DNA of 64,000 nt from Antedon mediterranea (GCF_964355755.1 NC_092676.1:7107888-7171887), one strand, 5' to 3'. Positions 12,607 through 24,729 are shown, numbered from the stretch's first letter. A program made the numbers and translations. The notes: a model not told the origin generated them from the letters alone.

Positions 12607-15521
12607 ATGAGTGGACGAAATAAAGGTTTGTAAAATCATTGCATTTATTGTAGGTTTCATCATAACTAGATTACCCCACTGTCACTATCATTTATAGAGA
12701 TATCTAACCAAGGTATAGGACACAATTCGCTTTAGTTTAAAAACGCTGGACACAGACATAACCATTAAGGCCAAAACAAAAAGTTCAGATAGAATAGTAA
12801 ATATATTTAATGGAAACATGTCTTGAAAAGATAAGATAAATCATATTTAATACATTTTTAAATACTTAAATTTGTTGAATTAAAAATACGAATTAGGTAT
12901 AATACTGATGAACTTCTAAAACACATAGTCGCAATTGAACCAAGCTTATTTATTCATTCCACATCACATAAGCTTATGCCATGTCTGATGAATATAATAT
13001 CAGCAACAAAAATAAATAGTTATATGAGTCTTAATTTAAATTTTCGGATATTCTGACAGAAATGCGAAAAAATGGCAAAGCACTAAACAAAACTCATAGA
13101 GAAATGGAACATGAACGCGAAAAACTTGAAAAAGAAGAACACAATTTAGTAAGTCAGTGTCAAGTTATTTCATCATCCTCCTTAAAACAACATAGGCCTA
13201 AAGGATTGCTTTCTTTTAAAATGTGTAAATTTATACTGTTTTTATTTTAAGGAATTGGCAATACAAAGAGCAGCAAAAAAAGGAGACAAACAGGTTTGTT
13301 TTGTTATCTGCATTAAACGTAATGATTTTTATTTACATTTATATATTTTTAAGTCCAGTATTGTTGCTTAAACTACTTAATTATAGGATGCAAGATTTCT
13401 CAATATGTACTTACTTCTATAATCGATTTTAAAATCTGTAGAATAGATGTTTTGGATTTCCCATGTGTTTATTTTTAGAACCACGTCGATGATGGCACGT
13501 TATATTTTTTTACTTACTTACATTTTGATCATTCATCCGTACTGCAACAAATAAACTTCTTTTAACTTGTTAAAAGCAATGACCTCATAAACAGTGACAA
13601 AGTATTATATGAATAATAACTCTAAGTGTTCCCTCGCCATTCAACTATTTTGTAAAGAAACAAAAGTCTTTTCATATTACGTGTTTAGTAACTGTAATTC
13701 TACCCTAACAATGCATAGACTAGCCTGCCGACTGATATCGTGAATGAATATTTGTAATTTCAGACATGTACAATTTTAGCAAAACAACTTGTAAATCTAA
13801 GAAAAACAAAAACAAGATCTTATGGAGCATCAGCAAAGGTATCAGCGGTGAAAACACAGGCTAAGGTGTGTTTCTTTTCTTGAGTTGCTGTTTTCTCATG
13901 GCATGATGATTAGTTATTTTACATTACCGCACTATTAGGATTTTGTTATTCGATTTGACTTTTAGAGTGAACTAGGAAACAAGGGGAAGTATAGTATAGT
14001 AACACGTAACAAACAAACATATACTATAGTACCGAGTAAAACTAGCATGTCTACGATTATCTAACTTTGCGCCTTTGTTTTACATTTCAGACAATGCAAT
14101 CTACAAAGACACTGGCCACAGCAATGGGAAGCAAAACTAAGGTACAGTATTACATTATACATTCATCATATTTGTTTATAGTAATAAGGTGTGTAATGTT
14201 TTCTAAAAACTGGAAACGCAAACTAAGTTATCAATGCAAACAAGACAATGTTGTTCAATTGCTTTGATACAAATAAAGGATATAAACACAACTCAATGGT
14301 CATTTTCCATTTTCATCTAACCTTATAAATTCTGGAAATTATAACAAAATCTGATTTAATATTAATGTTTGCCATAATTTAAGGGGAAATCTCACCTGTT
14401 GTTGGTAACTACAACGTTAACTTTGGAGTGGAGCTGTGGCTTGGTGGTTATGATGCTTGGCTACCAATCTAAGGGTCCTGGGTTCAAGTCCTGTCATATG
14501 TCAGGGTTTTTTTCTCATGACAATTTACAACTCCACTCCCAAAGACTTAATAATAAGTCTTTGTCTATGTAGAGCATCTTGTGTATATGTTTGTCTTATA
14601 TGTTCTAGTGCAGTATATGGAGAGCCATCTCGATAGTGCTTTGCACTCATGGCAATCCTCAGGGTGCTGCACCGCTGTGTTGTCATGTATGTTTGCCTGA
14701 AAATTAAATAAAATAAAATAAAATAAAATAAAATAAAATAAACTGAAGCCTGTCTTGCTAACAAGATTTACCAAGATAATGAACAAATATCCATTATAAG
14801 TAGGAGTAGGCAATAATAGACTTAAATAAATTAAATAAATCACAAAATATTGTAACATTTAAAACACACTCTCTCAATTAGTAAAGTGTATTAAGGAGTT
14901 GGTCATGATTATTTGTTTTGTTTTAAGGGAATGGTGGCCATGAATAAGCAAATGTCAACTGAAAAGGTAGACCAGATAACGCAGAAATATGGAAGCGAAT
15001 CTGCCAAGTCGGATAGGAAACAAGAATCAAGTATGTTTAATTGTATTTTACCACTATTACTATGGGTATGGTTTGAATACATTCATTTGAAAGGAAATTT
15101 TTCATTAAAAAAAAATTGAAATAGTAGAAGTGGAAGTCAAACTGTAAAGCATGAATCAGGGAGTAATCCTGATGTGAGGCATCCAGTTACTTTTATCCAA
15201 CTGTTATGATCGATGATAATAACAGAAATGATTCATATAATAGGTGCAGGGCATTTTTTATATTTAGGCCAATTGCCAAAGATAAAGATAAGCGAATTCA
15301 TTCACTATATTTCTTAAAGGTGCCAATCCTTTTCACAAGACAAATTAGCCATAACTCAGGTGTATAGCAACTTTACTATAGACAGTAAATATTTTAAATA
15401 ATTGTATTTACCTAATGTTGTTTTTTAAGTGGATGATACTTTAGAAGATCTTCTTACCGAGTCTGGAGACGAAGAAGAGGAAACGAGAGCAATCGTAAGC
15501 AAAGCATTAAAAGACCTTTGA
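12607..15521 (+). CDS. CHMP2B paralogue B (165 aa; lacks the terminal MIM1 exon)
   Basis: Exons 12607-12625 MSGRNK, 13060-13148 EMRKNGKALNKTHREMEHEREKLEKEEHNL, 13252-13293 ELAIQRAAKKGDKQ, 13764-13865 TCTILAKQLVNLRKTKTRSYGASAKVSAVKTQAK, 14091-14141 TMQSTKTLATAMGSKTK, 14928-15030 GMVAMNKQMSTEKVDQITQKYGSESAKSDRKQES, 15430-15521 MDDTLEDLLTESGDEEEETRAIVSKALKDL*. Exon phases match the parent and the frame is open (498 nt). Confidence 0.85.
14430..14742 (+). mobile_element. tRNA-derived SINE
   Basis: tRNA-like head with A-box tggcttggtgg and B-box ggttcaagtcc, a unique body and an (AAAAT)n tail. An inverted body fragment occurs at about 45508-45594. Confidence 0.75.
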
Positions 15522-16464
15522 GCAGCATTGTAGTACTACTGTAGCAATCGTACAAACAAACATTAATTTATCGTGGATTTTTATTTAGTTATGTTTTGTT
15601 TTAACATTAGGTCTACTGCTTTTGTTAAAATTACTCTTTTATTTTTGTTTTTATATAAGTAAAATAATAATTTTGTTGGATTTTTTCTACAGAAGTGAAT
15701 AACTTTATTGAAACTGCAAAAATCGTTTATCAAAAGTCTGATTATTAATCTTCATTTTTCATGTATTTGGGGGACAATACATCTTTAACGATAAAGTTAT
15801 AGTTTAAAAACTAAATTCTGTCTTTAATAAAACAACAAGAGATCGAGAACATAACAAAAATAGGTCGAGTATAAAGATAAATTTACGTATAAAAACTCAG
15901 CAATATTACTTATACTTATATTAATATAAAAGTTAAATGATATAAAGACTCAATCGAATTTTCTTTATTGTTTTGTTGGGGAACAATTCATGGCTATTTG
16001 TTGCTGGGGAATTAATAAATGTAATGAATATCATGTACAATAGGCATTATGGTGATCTAACCGTGTGACATGCAGTATTCGTATTACGCTCGAGAAATAC
16101 TGTTCCTAAGGTCCTTAGGCTTTTTCAATCCAAAATTGAATTATCATCATGATGCAAGACTCGGCAATAGTTTTGCCTCGGAATCGTTTAGAATAATATG
16201 TATAGGCCTATCTTTTGGATTTTCCATACCAGATCTATTTTTATCGATGATACGGTACAATATTTGTTTACATTTACATATCAAAACATAAAATTAATGT
16301 ATGTTTAGACGTTCTAAAAATAGCACACCAAAAACTACACACATTTACATATTATTGATTTATTTCTTCACATACTATATAAGTAAGTACGGTATGTCAC
16401 AACCTCACTCAGTGTTTGGTGAAAGTTGGATATACGAGGTATTCCTTGGTCTAGACAATTCACC

Positions 16465-19400
16465 ATGTGGAAATTTCTAAAAAAATTTAGACGAAAAAAG
16501 GGTATGTACATTTTTATTTATTGTATGTTTTTTTGTGGTAAGTTACAACCGTTATTTTATAGACCTGGCAGTTAAACACAGTATTTTGCTGATATTTTTA
16601 GAGATTTTATGAAGAAACATGATAATGACAACAGTAACTGCAGACCCAGTACTTAAACACTAATAGAATTATTTTCTAATACGTATAAAGAAAGAAATTA
16701 AAATATAGAACTAGTAGCAATTCATTCACCGTCATAAATGTAAAGTTTTTTCGAATATTGTCTTCATTGGCAAGTATGATAGAATAGAGATATAATTAAA
16801 ATACACAGGACTAACAGTATCTAACAACTTGTGTGTTGCTATAGATATTCATTTATCTAAATAGTTTTATATTTGAAAGAGACAAATTTAACACAAAAAA
16901 AAACATACCGGTATTTTTCAGGAAAAGAAAAAACTGTGAGAAGAAAAAAAGGAGATGATCAGGTTTGTTTCGTTGATTCAGTTCAAAATTCAAAACTTAA
17001 TAATACCCTTGTATAAATGTTATACAATTAATTATATAATCCGTTTATTTGTGATGTGTGTATGACTTATTTATTTTGGTATGATTATTGATTAACGGCC
17101 TATAATTATCATAATGATATGATGTGTTATTTAGGCAATTCTTTTAGGTTCTTGTGAATCAATTGTGCAATCTACGAATATTTTGGAATTTCCATTATGA
17201 TTATTTTAATAATAGATAATACATAAAATCGTTTAAATTATCTAACGATGGCCTTAAGGGTCTTTCACACCTGTTCCGTCTCCACTCGGCTATGCACCAA
17301 TCGATATGCGCTTAGCCGCGTGAAAACGAAACATTGACGTTCGATTGAATTTTCCGGCGCCGGACCGAAACCGTGCCGGAACAGGTGTGAAAGAGCCTTT
17401 AAGTGTATGATATAATGATGCAGGACAAATAATGTAAGACTTTTAATGGGTTTTGTATTTAAATAAATTTTACAAGCTGTTATACTTTTACTGGGATTTC
17501 CATGTGTAATTTTTTGGCGGATTTCCCACATTTAGTTTAACCACCCATTGATCTTATATTGTTCTGCATTGTTTACTTTTATAGTCTAAAGGTGTACAGA
17601 ATTCTGCGACAAGTGCTTTGGCGACACAAAGAAAATTTAAACGCGGAAAAAGAAAAGAACAACACACCGTAAGTAGCATTGTCCTGATAACTATTTTCTA
17701 TAAATGAAAATTCTTTCAGCAGTTTCCCTTCCCAACTGAGTTTCGAACCTAATAAGAAAAAGTTTTTGCTTTTAAAATTGATTTGTTTATCATGTGTATT
17801 AATATTTTAATACACATTGGTATTTTGTAGGAAAAGCAAAGAGCAGAAATAGATAAAAAGGCTTGTTTTGTTGATTTTTACTGTTTTAACTTAAATTAAT
17901 AACATTTATCAATTTTATATCTACTGTATCAATTGTTTGTTGTTAACGATGTCAATTATCAGTATGATATGATGATGATAAGGACCACATTATAGTTCTG
18001 GCGAATCAATTATGCAATAGAGAACATTTATATTTTGGATTTTACATTACTAATTAATAACAATTTGCTTTCCTTTGGTTTCTCTTAAATGACATTTCAA
18101 GACAACTTAATGATGCATAAGAGATGATGCAAGACTTTTTGGGGTTTTTTTTTCAATTTATTTTTATTGGGATTTTCCATCATGTATATTTTGAACCCAT
18201 TAATGATACAATAATTGGTTGACATTTTCTTTATTATCCATTATCTACGTTAGTTATCCGATTCTACGATGAACTCAATAGAGAGAGGCCTTGAACGTGA
18301 CAGAAGAGAACTTAAAAGAGACGAACAAAAAATCGTAAGTTGTATGCCTAAGACTAAAACGGAATGTCATTGTTTTTTTTTTTAAATACGTACAAAAATA
18401 ATATTTTGCTTTACAACTTGATTTGTAACATAAATGTATATGTATATTTTTAAAAGACAGATTTAACACATTTATGTGAAAAAAACTACTTGTGTTTTTC
18501 AGGAAAATGATATAAAGAAAGCTGAAAAGCGAGGGGATAAACAGGTTTGTTCCTTTGATTATTTACCGAATAAATTTACAACTTGATAATACATTTTATA
18601 AATTATTTTAATAGCTCGCCAGTCAATAATTGCAAATGGAAGTTGTGACGTAGTCCGTAGCGTTGGTAATTCAGTTATTGAGGCTTATTTACATACAAAC
18701 ATATAGAAATACATACAATATTTGATGCAAAGATAACTCTGACAAAAAAAAAATTGATGTGCCCATTTATGGACATGATTATGTTATATCACCACCATAT
18801 TTAGGCACATCACAGTTTTTGTTGTTGTCTAGTTTGATAGTGTTGAGAACCTTACATCACGGTACAAAACTAAATGTATTTTAAGTGAACAACAAATATT
18901 GGTATTGAGTTGTACAGTATATTCCTATTTTTCCTGTTTATTTGTATTTTTTGTGAATTACAATGCTAAATTTAATAGATGAAATTATTCAATCTAATGA
19001 AGCATAGTACGTGTTTTAGGCCTACTGCAGTTATCTTAGTAGTCCTCTTCCAGAAGAAATAGATGGAACTAACATTAGTTAGATTGGCCCTTTTTACACC
19101 GACATGTCGTGTTCGGATTCCTTTTCGCATCTGATTTAGTGACCCTAGTATTATCCTCGGGTACTCAATTCCGGATCAAACACCTTTGCCTCCATTTCAT
19201 AATTACGTATGGTACTTCTCTTTAGATTAAATGAGCCTTTTCAATTTCAGACATGCAAATCTTTACAAAAACATCAACAAGTTTTGAGAACAGCAAACGC
19301 GAACTCGCATAAAACATCAGCAAATGTGTCAGCAGTAAGAACGCAAGCTAAGGTGAGTTGTTTTCTCTGGCAATGATGATCGATTATTTTAGGCCTACTA

Positions 19401-20300
19401 TTTCCTCTCACATGTAAAATTATTATGGCGCCTGTTGTTGAACGTACAATTCAGAATGATATTGTGGATACTATTATAGAATGCCCGTTTCTTGAAAATT
19501 ATTATAGGCCTATTCCCTCCAGAGTAAACCATTGGCTTTGATTGCAAAACATTGCTAAATATTTTGATTGCGGCATTTAATGCTGAGACGTATTTTAAAT
19601 TTCAGACAATGCAATCTACAAAGACAGTTGTCACAGCAATGGAAAACACTACTAAGGTATTTTAATTTTTATCATCCATTAATATTATTAGCAGGTATAA
19701 TTATTCATTCGTGTGTTTTTTTTATAAACGACAATTAGCTCCCGAGGAGAATTAAAATGGTTGAAAATTAATTGTCAGTATTGAATTGTCCAAAATTAAA
19801 TAATTATTATCGTTTCTAGGCAATAAAAGCAATGAATAAACAGATGCCGTGTAAGCAGATAGCCAATCAAATGCATGCGTTTGAGAGAGAAAGCAACGCA
19901 ATGACCGAGGCACAAGAATTAAGTATGTGTATTATATAATTATATTTTCAACTGGTGCTGTGGTGGTGTTATTACAGCACATGTTAAAGCATTACATGAT
20001 TGGTCAATTCACCACCTGAAGTCTACCATTTAGCCATAAGTTTGGCTTGCAGAAAACCGTTACAACCCATGATTTTACTTAAGTCAAGATAGTAAAAAGT
20101 GCCTAAGTGAAAAGATAGTATCTTTTTAGCTTAAGCACTTTTTACTATCTCGACTTAACTCATGGATAACCATCCCCATAATATCCTATAATTTTTGCCA
20201 TATTTCGAATTATTCATGATTTCTGCCTCACTTAATTAATTAATTGTATGTTTCTCCTTTTTTTTAAGTGGATCTTCTAGAATCTGGAGATGTCGAGTAA
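16465..20300 (+). CDS. Divergent CHMP2B paralogue C (about 200 aa; multiplied N-terminal exons; lacks helix 5 and MIM1)
   Basis: Exons 16465-16501 MWKFLKKFRRKK, 16922-16962 GKEKTVRRKKGDDQ, 17585-17668 SKGVQNSATSALATQRKFKRGKRKEQHT, 17831-17860 EKQRAEIDKK (GC donor, may be skipped in frame), 18254-18334 LSDSTMNSIERGLERDRRELKRDEQKI, 18503-18544 ENDIKKAEKRGDKQ, 19251-19352 TCKSLQKHQQVLRTANANSHKTSANVSAVRTQAK, 19606-19656 TMQSTKTVVTAMENTTK, 19820-19922 AIKAMNKQMPCKQIANQMHAFERESNAMTEAQEL, 20269-20300 MDLLESGDVE*. Confidence 0.78.
17257..17398. mobile_element. PIF/Harbinger-like MITE
   Basis: TIRs agggtctttcacacctgttcc / ggaacaggtgtgaaagagcct, flanked by TTA on both sides. Confidence 0.7.
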
Positions 20301-20551
20301 TGGTGATTCAAGTATTGGTTAACTTGGTCATTCAGAAGAAGTTTATTATTTTTACCGTGTAGATACAAATATTTAATTATAATAAGTAGGGTTTAAACGA
20401 GTCGAAATGAGACTTCTACTATAGGCCTAGGTTTATTAAAACAGGGTAGATAGTTAAAAGTTAAAGTTCACACAACATAAAACAAGTTAAAAGTAAAACG
20501 TAGTGTGAGCAGATTATGTGAGATTAAGTTAACAGGGCTTTTGTTCTTTAA

Positions 20552-20806
20552 CCCTTTCAAGACGTGGCCCGTATCCCATACAGGGTAATTTACTGTACCA
20601 GGACGAGAGGCCTGTATATTTACGGGTTGACTTTTTGGGGTCACTGAATTGCACTTTATGAGCATTTGACCTACGCAATTTTTTAGAAGGCCAAAACATT
20701 CCCATAGCAATAAAACCAACAATTGCAGAAAGTTACATAAAAAATGTATTTTGGATTTTCCTAAGCTTTTTAAAAATACCTTCTTGGGGTTCGCGTATTC
20801 AAAGGG
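20552..20806. mobile_element. piggyBac-like MITE
   Basis: TTAA flanks (20548-20551, 20807-20810) and CCC...GGG termini with a 13-bp imperfect TIR (ccctttcaagacg vs ccctttgaatacg). Confidence 0.6.
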
Positions 20807-21289
20807 TTAAAAAGATAATAGGCCTATAATATCTTGTTACAAAATTATGAAGGGTAGGACTAAGGTAAAAAACAAATATGTTTCCTTATTTACAAAATTA
20901 GAGAATACATAATGGTACATCTTTTGCTAGTAGTACACAACAAATAATAATGTTTGCTTTGAGGTTATTTGTAGGCTAAAATTATAGTAAAATAAACATT
21001 AGTATAATACTGGTAACTGGTTGTAAAGTTAAACATAAAAGACACTTTCCCTGAAATTGTTGATGTTTTGTAAAAATAATGCATATACTGTATATTACTT
21101 TAAAAAAGTTGTATAGGCCTAGTTGGTAAACAGCGGTAACATACGAACATCGTACGCTTCAGATCTTTACTGCTTAAAGATGGAAGAAAATTATTGTAAT
21201 AGGCCAGTATAGTATTTAATGAAAAGCAGCTTAAAATAGATGAAAAAAACATAAAGGGAAAAGTACATTCATAAATGCATTTTGTAAAT

Positions 21290-24200
21290 TTAAATCCTCA
21301 AATGTTCTGGAACATTTGCTTCTGGCTCCCAGGTAGGTTTTTTGAAGCCAACCCACTTTACTTGGTACATAAATTGTCCTTTCTTCTTTTTCTTTTTTAA
21401 TATTTTTTCAAATGCATAAAATCCTGAAAAAAAAAAAGAAGCAATTTTTACAAGCATGCAAATAAGTTAAACAAACTGTGTTTCCAAAACAATATTTGAT
21501 TATTATCAGGGTTGTAATATTATGTCTCTGCATCTTACCTTCTTTCAACTCAGTTTTCTTACTGGTATGCCCAATCTCCGAACAAATGTTTGCTAAATCT
21601 GTATTTTTTTCTGGGAAAAAAAACAGTTAAGCATTAATTGTTAAAACATTTTGGGGTTCCCTGCTCTCTAATTTGAATGTATGTGCTGTTGCTATTTGAA
21701 AAATTTCTTTGAATTTAATTATGCACAAGGACACTTTATTGAGTAAAAACTTAGTCTAGTGTATATTGTTATGTTAAGGTCAATTAACTGTCAAATAATT
21801 TTTTTAATTTTATTTTTTTTAAAGCACTATAACACTGTATTGCTCATAGGTCATTCCATATCCTGTCACGTCTTTAACACAATTGTATTCATTGTATGTG
21901 TTGCTGTTTAAAATTTAAGTAGGTTTGCTAAATGTGTTACTCACCAAAATCAATTAACACTTCGTGAGGCCTAATGGTAACTTCAATTTCAGCTGTGGAA
22001 GAATTATGTTCATTGTGAAGAATATCACAAAGAAAAGTAAATACTGTATAAACATTTTGATTCACACTAAATACACATTTTCAATATATCAACAAATATA
22101 ACATCAAATATCAAGTAAATGATGTTTAACTTACCATCAGTAATTACTGTTTCATTTTCTGTAGCTGTGGATGAATAAATTGCAATAAATAATATTTTGT
22201 TCAATGACTATATCATATAATAGACTCGAACACCTTTTTACAACAAATTGTTTGGTTGCATTAAATATCAAGTAAATGATGTTTAACTTACCATCAGCAA
22301 TAACTGTTTCATTTTCTGTTGCTGTGGATGAATAAATTGCAATAAATTATATTGTATTCAATATGCAGATGTAATTTATAGTGAAATACAGTAGTACTGT
22401 TTACCTATATTATTTAAGAAAATAGTCTTGTGCCTTAATATACTACAGTATATATTAACCATGCACAAAATGTTAAATTAGATACTGACTATAGAATTTC
22501 AAATTCAAAGATATTGTAGATCTCTTAGATTTAAATATCATCCAAAAAACTACTTTCTGTCATGACTGCAGATGATTAATTGACATACACTAGAATTGCA
22601 AAATTAATTTTAACAAAACCAAAATCTGAAAGGCCTCAAAATGTTTATTAATTACTGTAAATGTTCTTAAGCGATTAATGTTTGCTTTTTGATTTTGTGT
22701 CCGTCGGCACATCATCGCGTCCGTCGGCAAACAAAGGTGCCGGGGACAAAAATAAACTATTATTCTGACAATAATTGAACTGTAAACATAATTCTTTTGA
22801 GTGTTTGTTTATTTACATATCATATCATCGATCCCTTCAGATCAACTATTTTTTATTTTCATTACATCTAACGAAACACGTAAAAAATGTGTAGCACGTA
22901 CGTACAGCCGTATGCTGTAGATTTTTTACTCAAAAGTCTTTGACCTTACCCTATTCAACCTTGTTTTTGCAGTTGAGCCTCTCATGACCTGGGATTTGTA
23001 TGTCTTCCTACGCTAAGATTATATAGTTCCACATGCCATGTGCTTTTTTGTCTAAGATATATTTATTATAAGTGCCAAAAACCCGTTTTTTTTTCTCGAT
23101 ATGAGGCCTTTATTATTCAAAATTTTTTAAGAAAAAGCACACATACCATAAAAAATATCCATGTATTTCATTTTTGGAACAGAATATTCCGTGAGGATCA
23201 ACTACAAAACCACCATTTTGTGATATGATGTCATCGTAAGCCAATCAAAGCTGAGCTTTCTCGCGATTGGCATTGCTCACGGTTGAATATTTTGGATTCT
23301 AGCTGATTTGATTGGTGGATGCGAATCACCCGCAGCGGAATGTTTTCTCTCGCGCGTGTACCATGAATCTCTCTGATCGTTACTACACAAAGTTAGAGCA
23401 ATGAATTTTCCCGAATTCCGTTAAGTAAACAACTTTATATATTTTATAAGCATTTAATTACATGTTTTATTGATATTTCCAATGGTGATATATAAAATAA
23501 ATTACTAAAAAACGTAATTATATGTAATTATTTTAACCAAAAATGGCGTAGTTAATAGAATTGTCGACTGAGGCCGCAAATTGTTTTACTTCTTTCGTGG
23601 CTAAAAACGATCATTTTCGGCGATGTTTTAGACCCTATATTTCGAAAACTACAAGTCAGATTTTCCTAATTCTTTCTTTATTGTAATATGAATGCAACAT
23701 ACTAACAGATAATGTTGGTTTGGTTTTAATTTTGCATCGTTATCCCATATAAGACAATATGACTATGTTATCCTAAAACATATATTTATCAGGTGTATGT
23801 ACAGATAATGACACCAATTTTGTCGGCAAATTGGCAATCCCGCCCCCCCCCCCAACTTCAAAATCCTGGATACGCCACTGAGTTAGGTGGCATGCTGATT
23901 AATGAGGGTAAACTGTGGTATGAAATAGTTTGATAATTCGAAAGTTGGATATCATTGATGCATGCGACTGTGTGTCAGTCTAAATTTTCTGAAACACATT
24001 TATTTTAGTTAAAACTTGCCTTCAAATTTAAGGTGATTGCTCTTTTCAATAATGCTTTCAAGTTCTTGGTAAGTGTACCTTCCTATTGGCTTAAAGCTAA
24101 TAGGATCGAGGCCACAAACTCGCCACTTTCCGTTCATCACCTCCTTGTAAGGCACCCTATCTTTCCCCGATGCTTGTTCTGAAAAAACATCCCAGAGTTT

Positions 24201-24729
24201 AACAATTTAGAGTGAAGTGTAAATTTATAATAATGAGTGTACATATAAATTATTAATACAGTAATAGTTAGATAAAAACTCTAGATGATTGGTATAGACA
24301 TAGGATACTTTATTTGTCAAAAATGTAATATTTTTGAAAAGATAAGATGTTAAAATACATTTAAAATTCTTGTAAGAAAATATTTAAAATACATTAAATT
24401 AAATATGAAAATTGCAATATTCAAAATACTGTGGATATATCGCATTAATAATATAAAATAATTTAAAATGCGTTTGACTTTGATAACATTTTTGGTTCAA
24501 AACATCCTTTATTAAAAAAAAATTGTGAACTTACTGAATTTGTTATTTAACAGCTCCTGCACTTCTCGTCTGAGCTTTTTCTTCTTATTTACTTGTTTTG
24601 CATTTGGACCTGTATGGATTAAAATCAGATTGTAAGCATAAATATAAATCATGTTTTTACAGTATTGTAATATAATGTTGTGTTGAGGTACTAATGAAGA
24701 CTCTTACTCGCTTGACTGTCGTAACACAT
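21290..24729 (-). CDS. GTF2I(TFII-I)-like repeat + C-terminal chromodomain protein (5' end uncertain)
   Basis: Minus-strand phase-1 exon chain: 24729-24708 MCYDSQA (tentative start), 24609-24535 SPNAKQVNKKKKLRREVQELLNNKF, 24178-24020 KQASGKDRVPYKEVMNGKWRVCGLDPISFKPIGRYTYQELESIIEKSNHLKFE (GC donor gcaagt), 22321-22292 ATENETVIAD, 22164-22135 ATENETVITD, 21992-21945 AEIEVTIRPHEVLIDF, 21610-21539 EKNTDLANICSEIGHTSKKTELKE, 21423-21290 GFYAFEKILKKKKKKGQFMYQVKWVGFKKPTWEPEANVPEHLRI*. The last exon is a clear chromodomain signature; the I-repeat was recognised by eye. Confidence 0.75.

Noticed and set aside
14430-14502. Possible tRNA gene
   Set aside because: A and B boxes are present, but the acceptor stem pairs poorly and the sequence continues into a repeated body and an (AAAAT)n tail, so it is a SINE.
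7337-20300. CHMP2B copies as assembly artefacts or plain dead pseudogenes
   Set aside because: The copies are too divergent from each other for haplotype duplication, and all internal exons keep splice sites and frame. Non-function is not excluded without expression data, but it is not the simplest reading.
22640-23880. Possible autonomous transposon inside the GTF2I-chromo intron
   Set aside because: The sequence looks repeat-derived (short inverted motifs, a hAT-like end at about 23840-23880), but I found no transposase ORF or matching termini.
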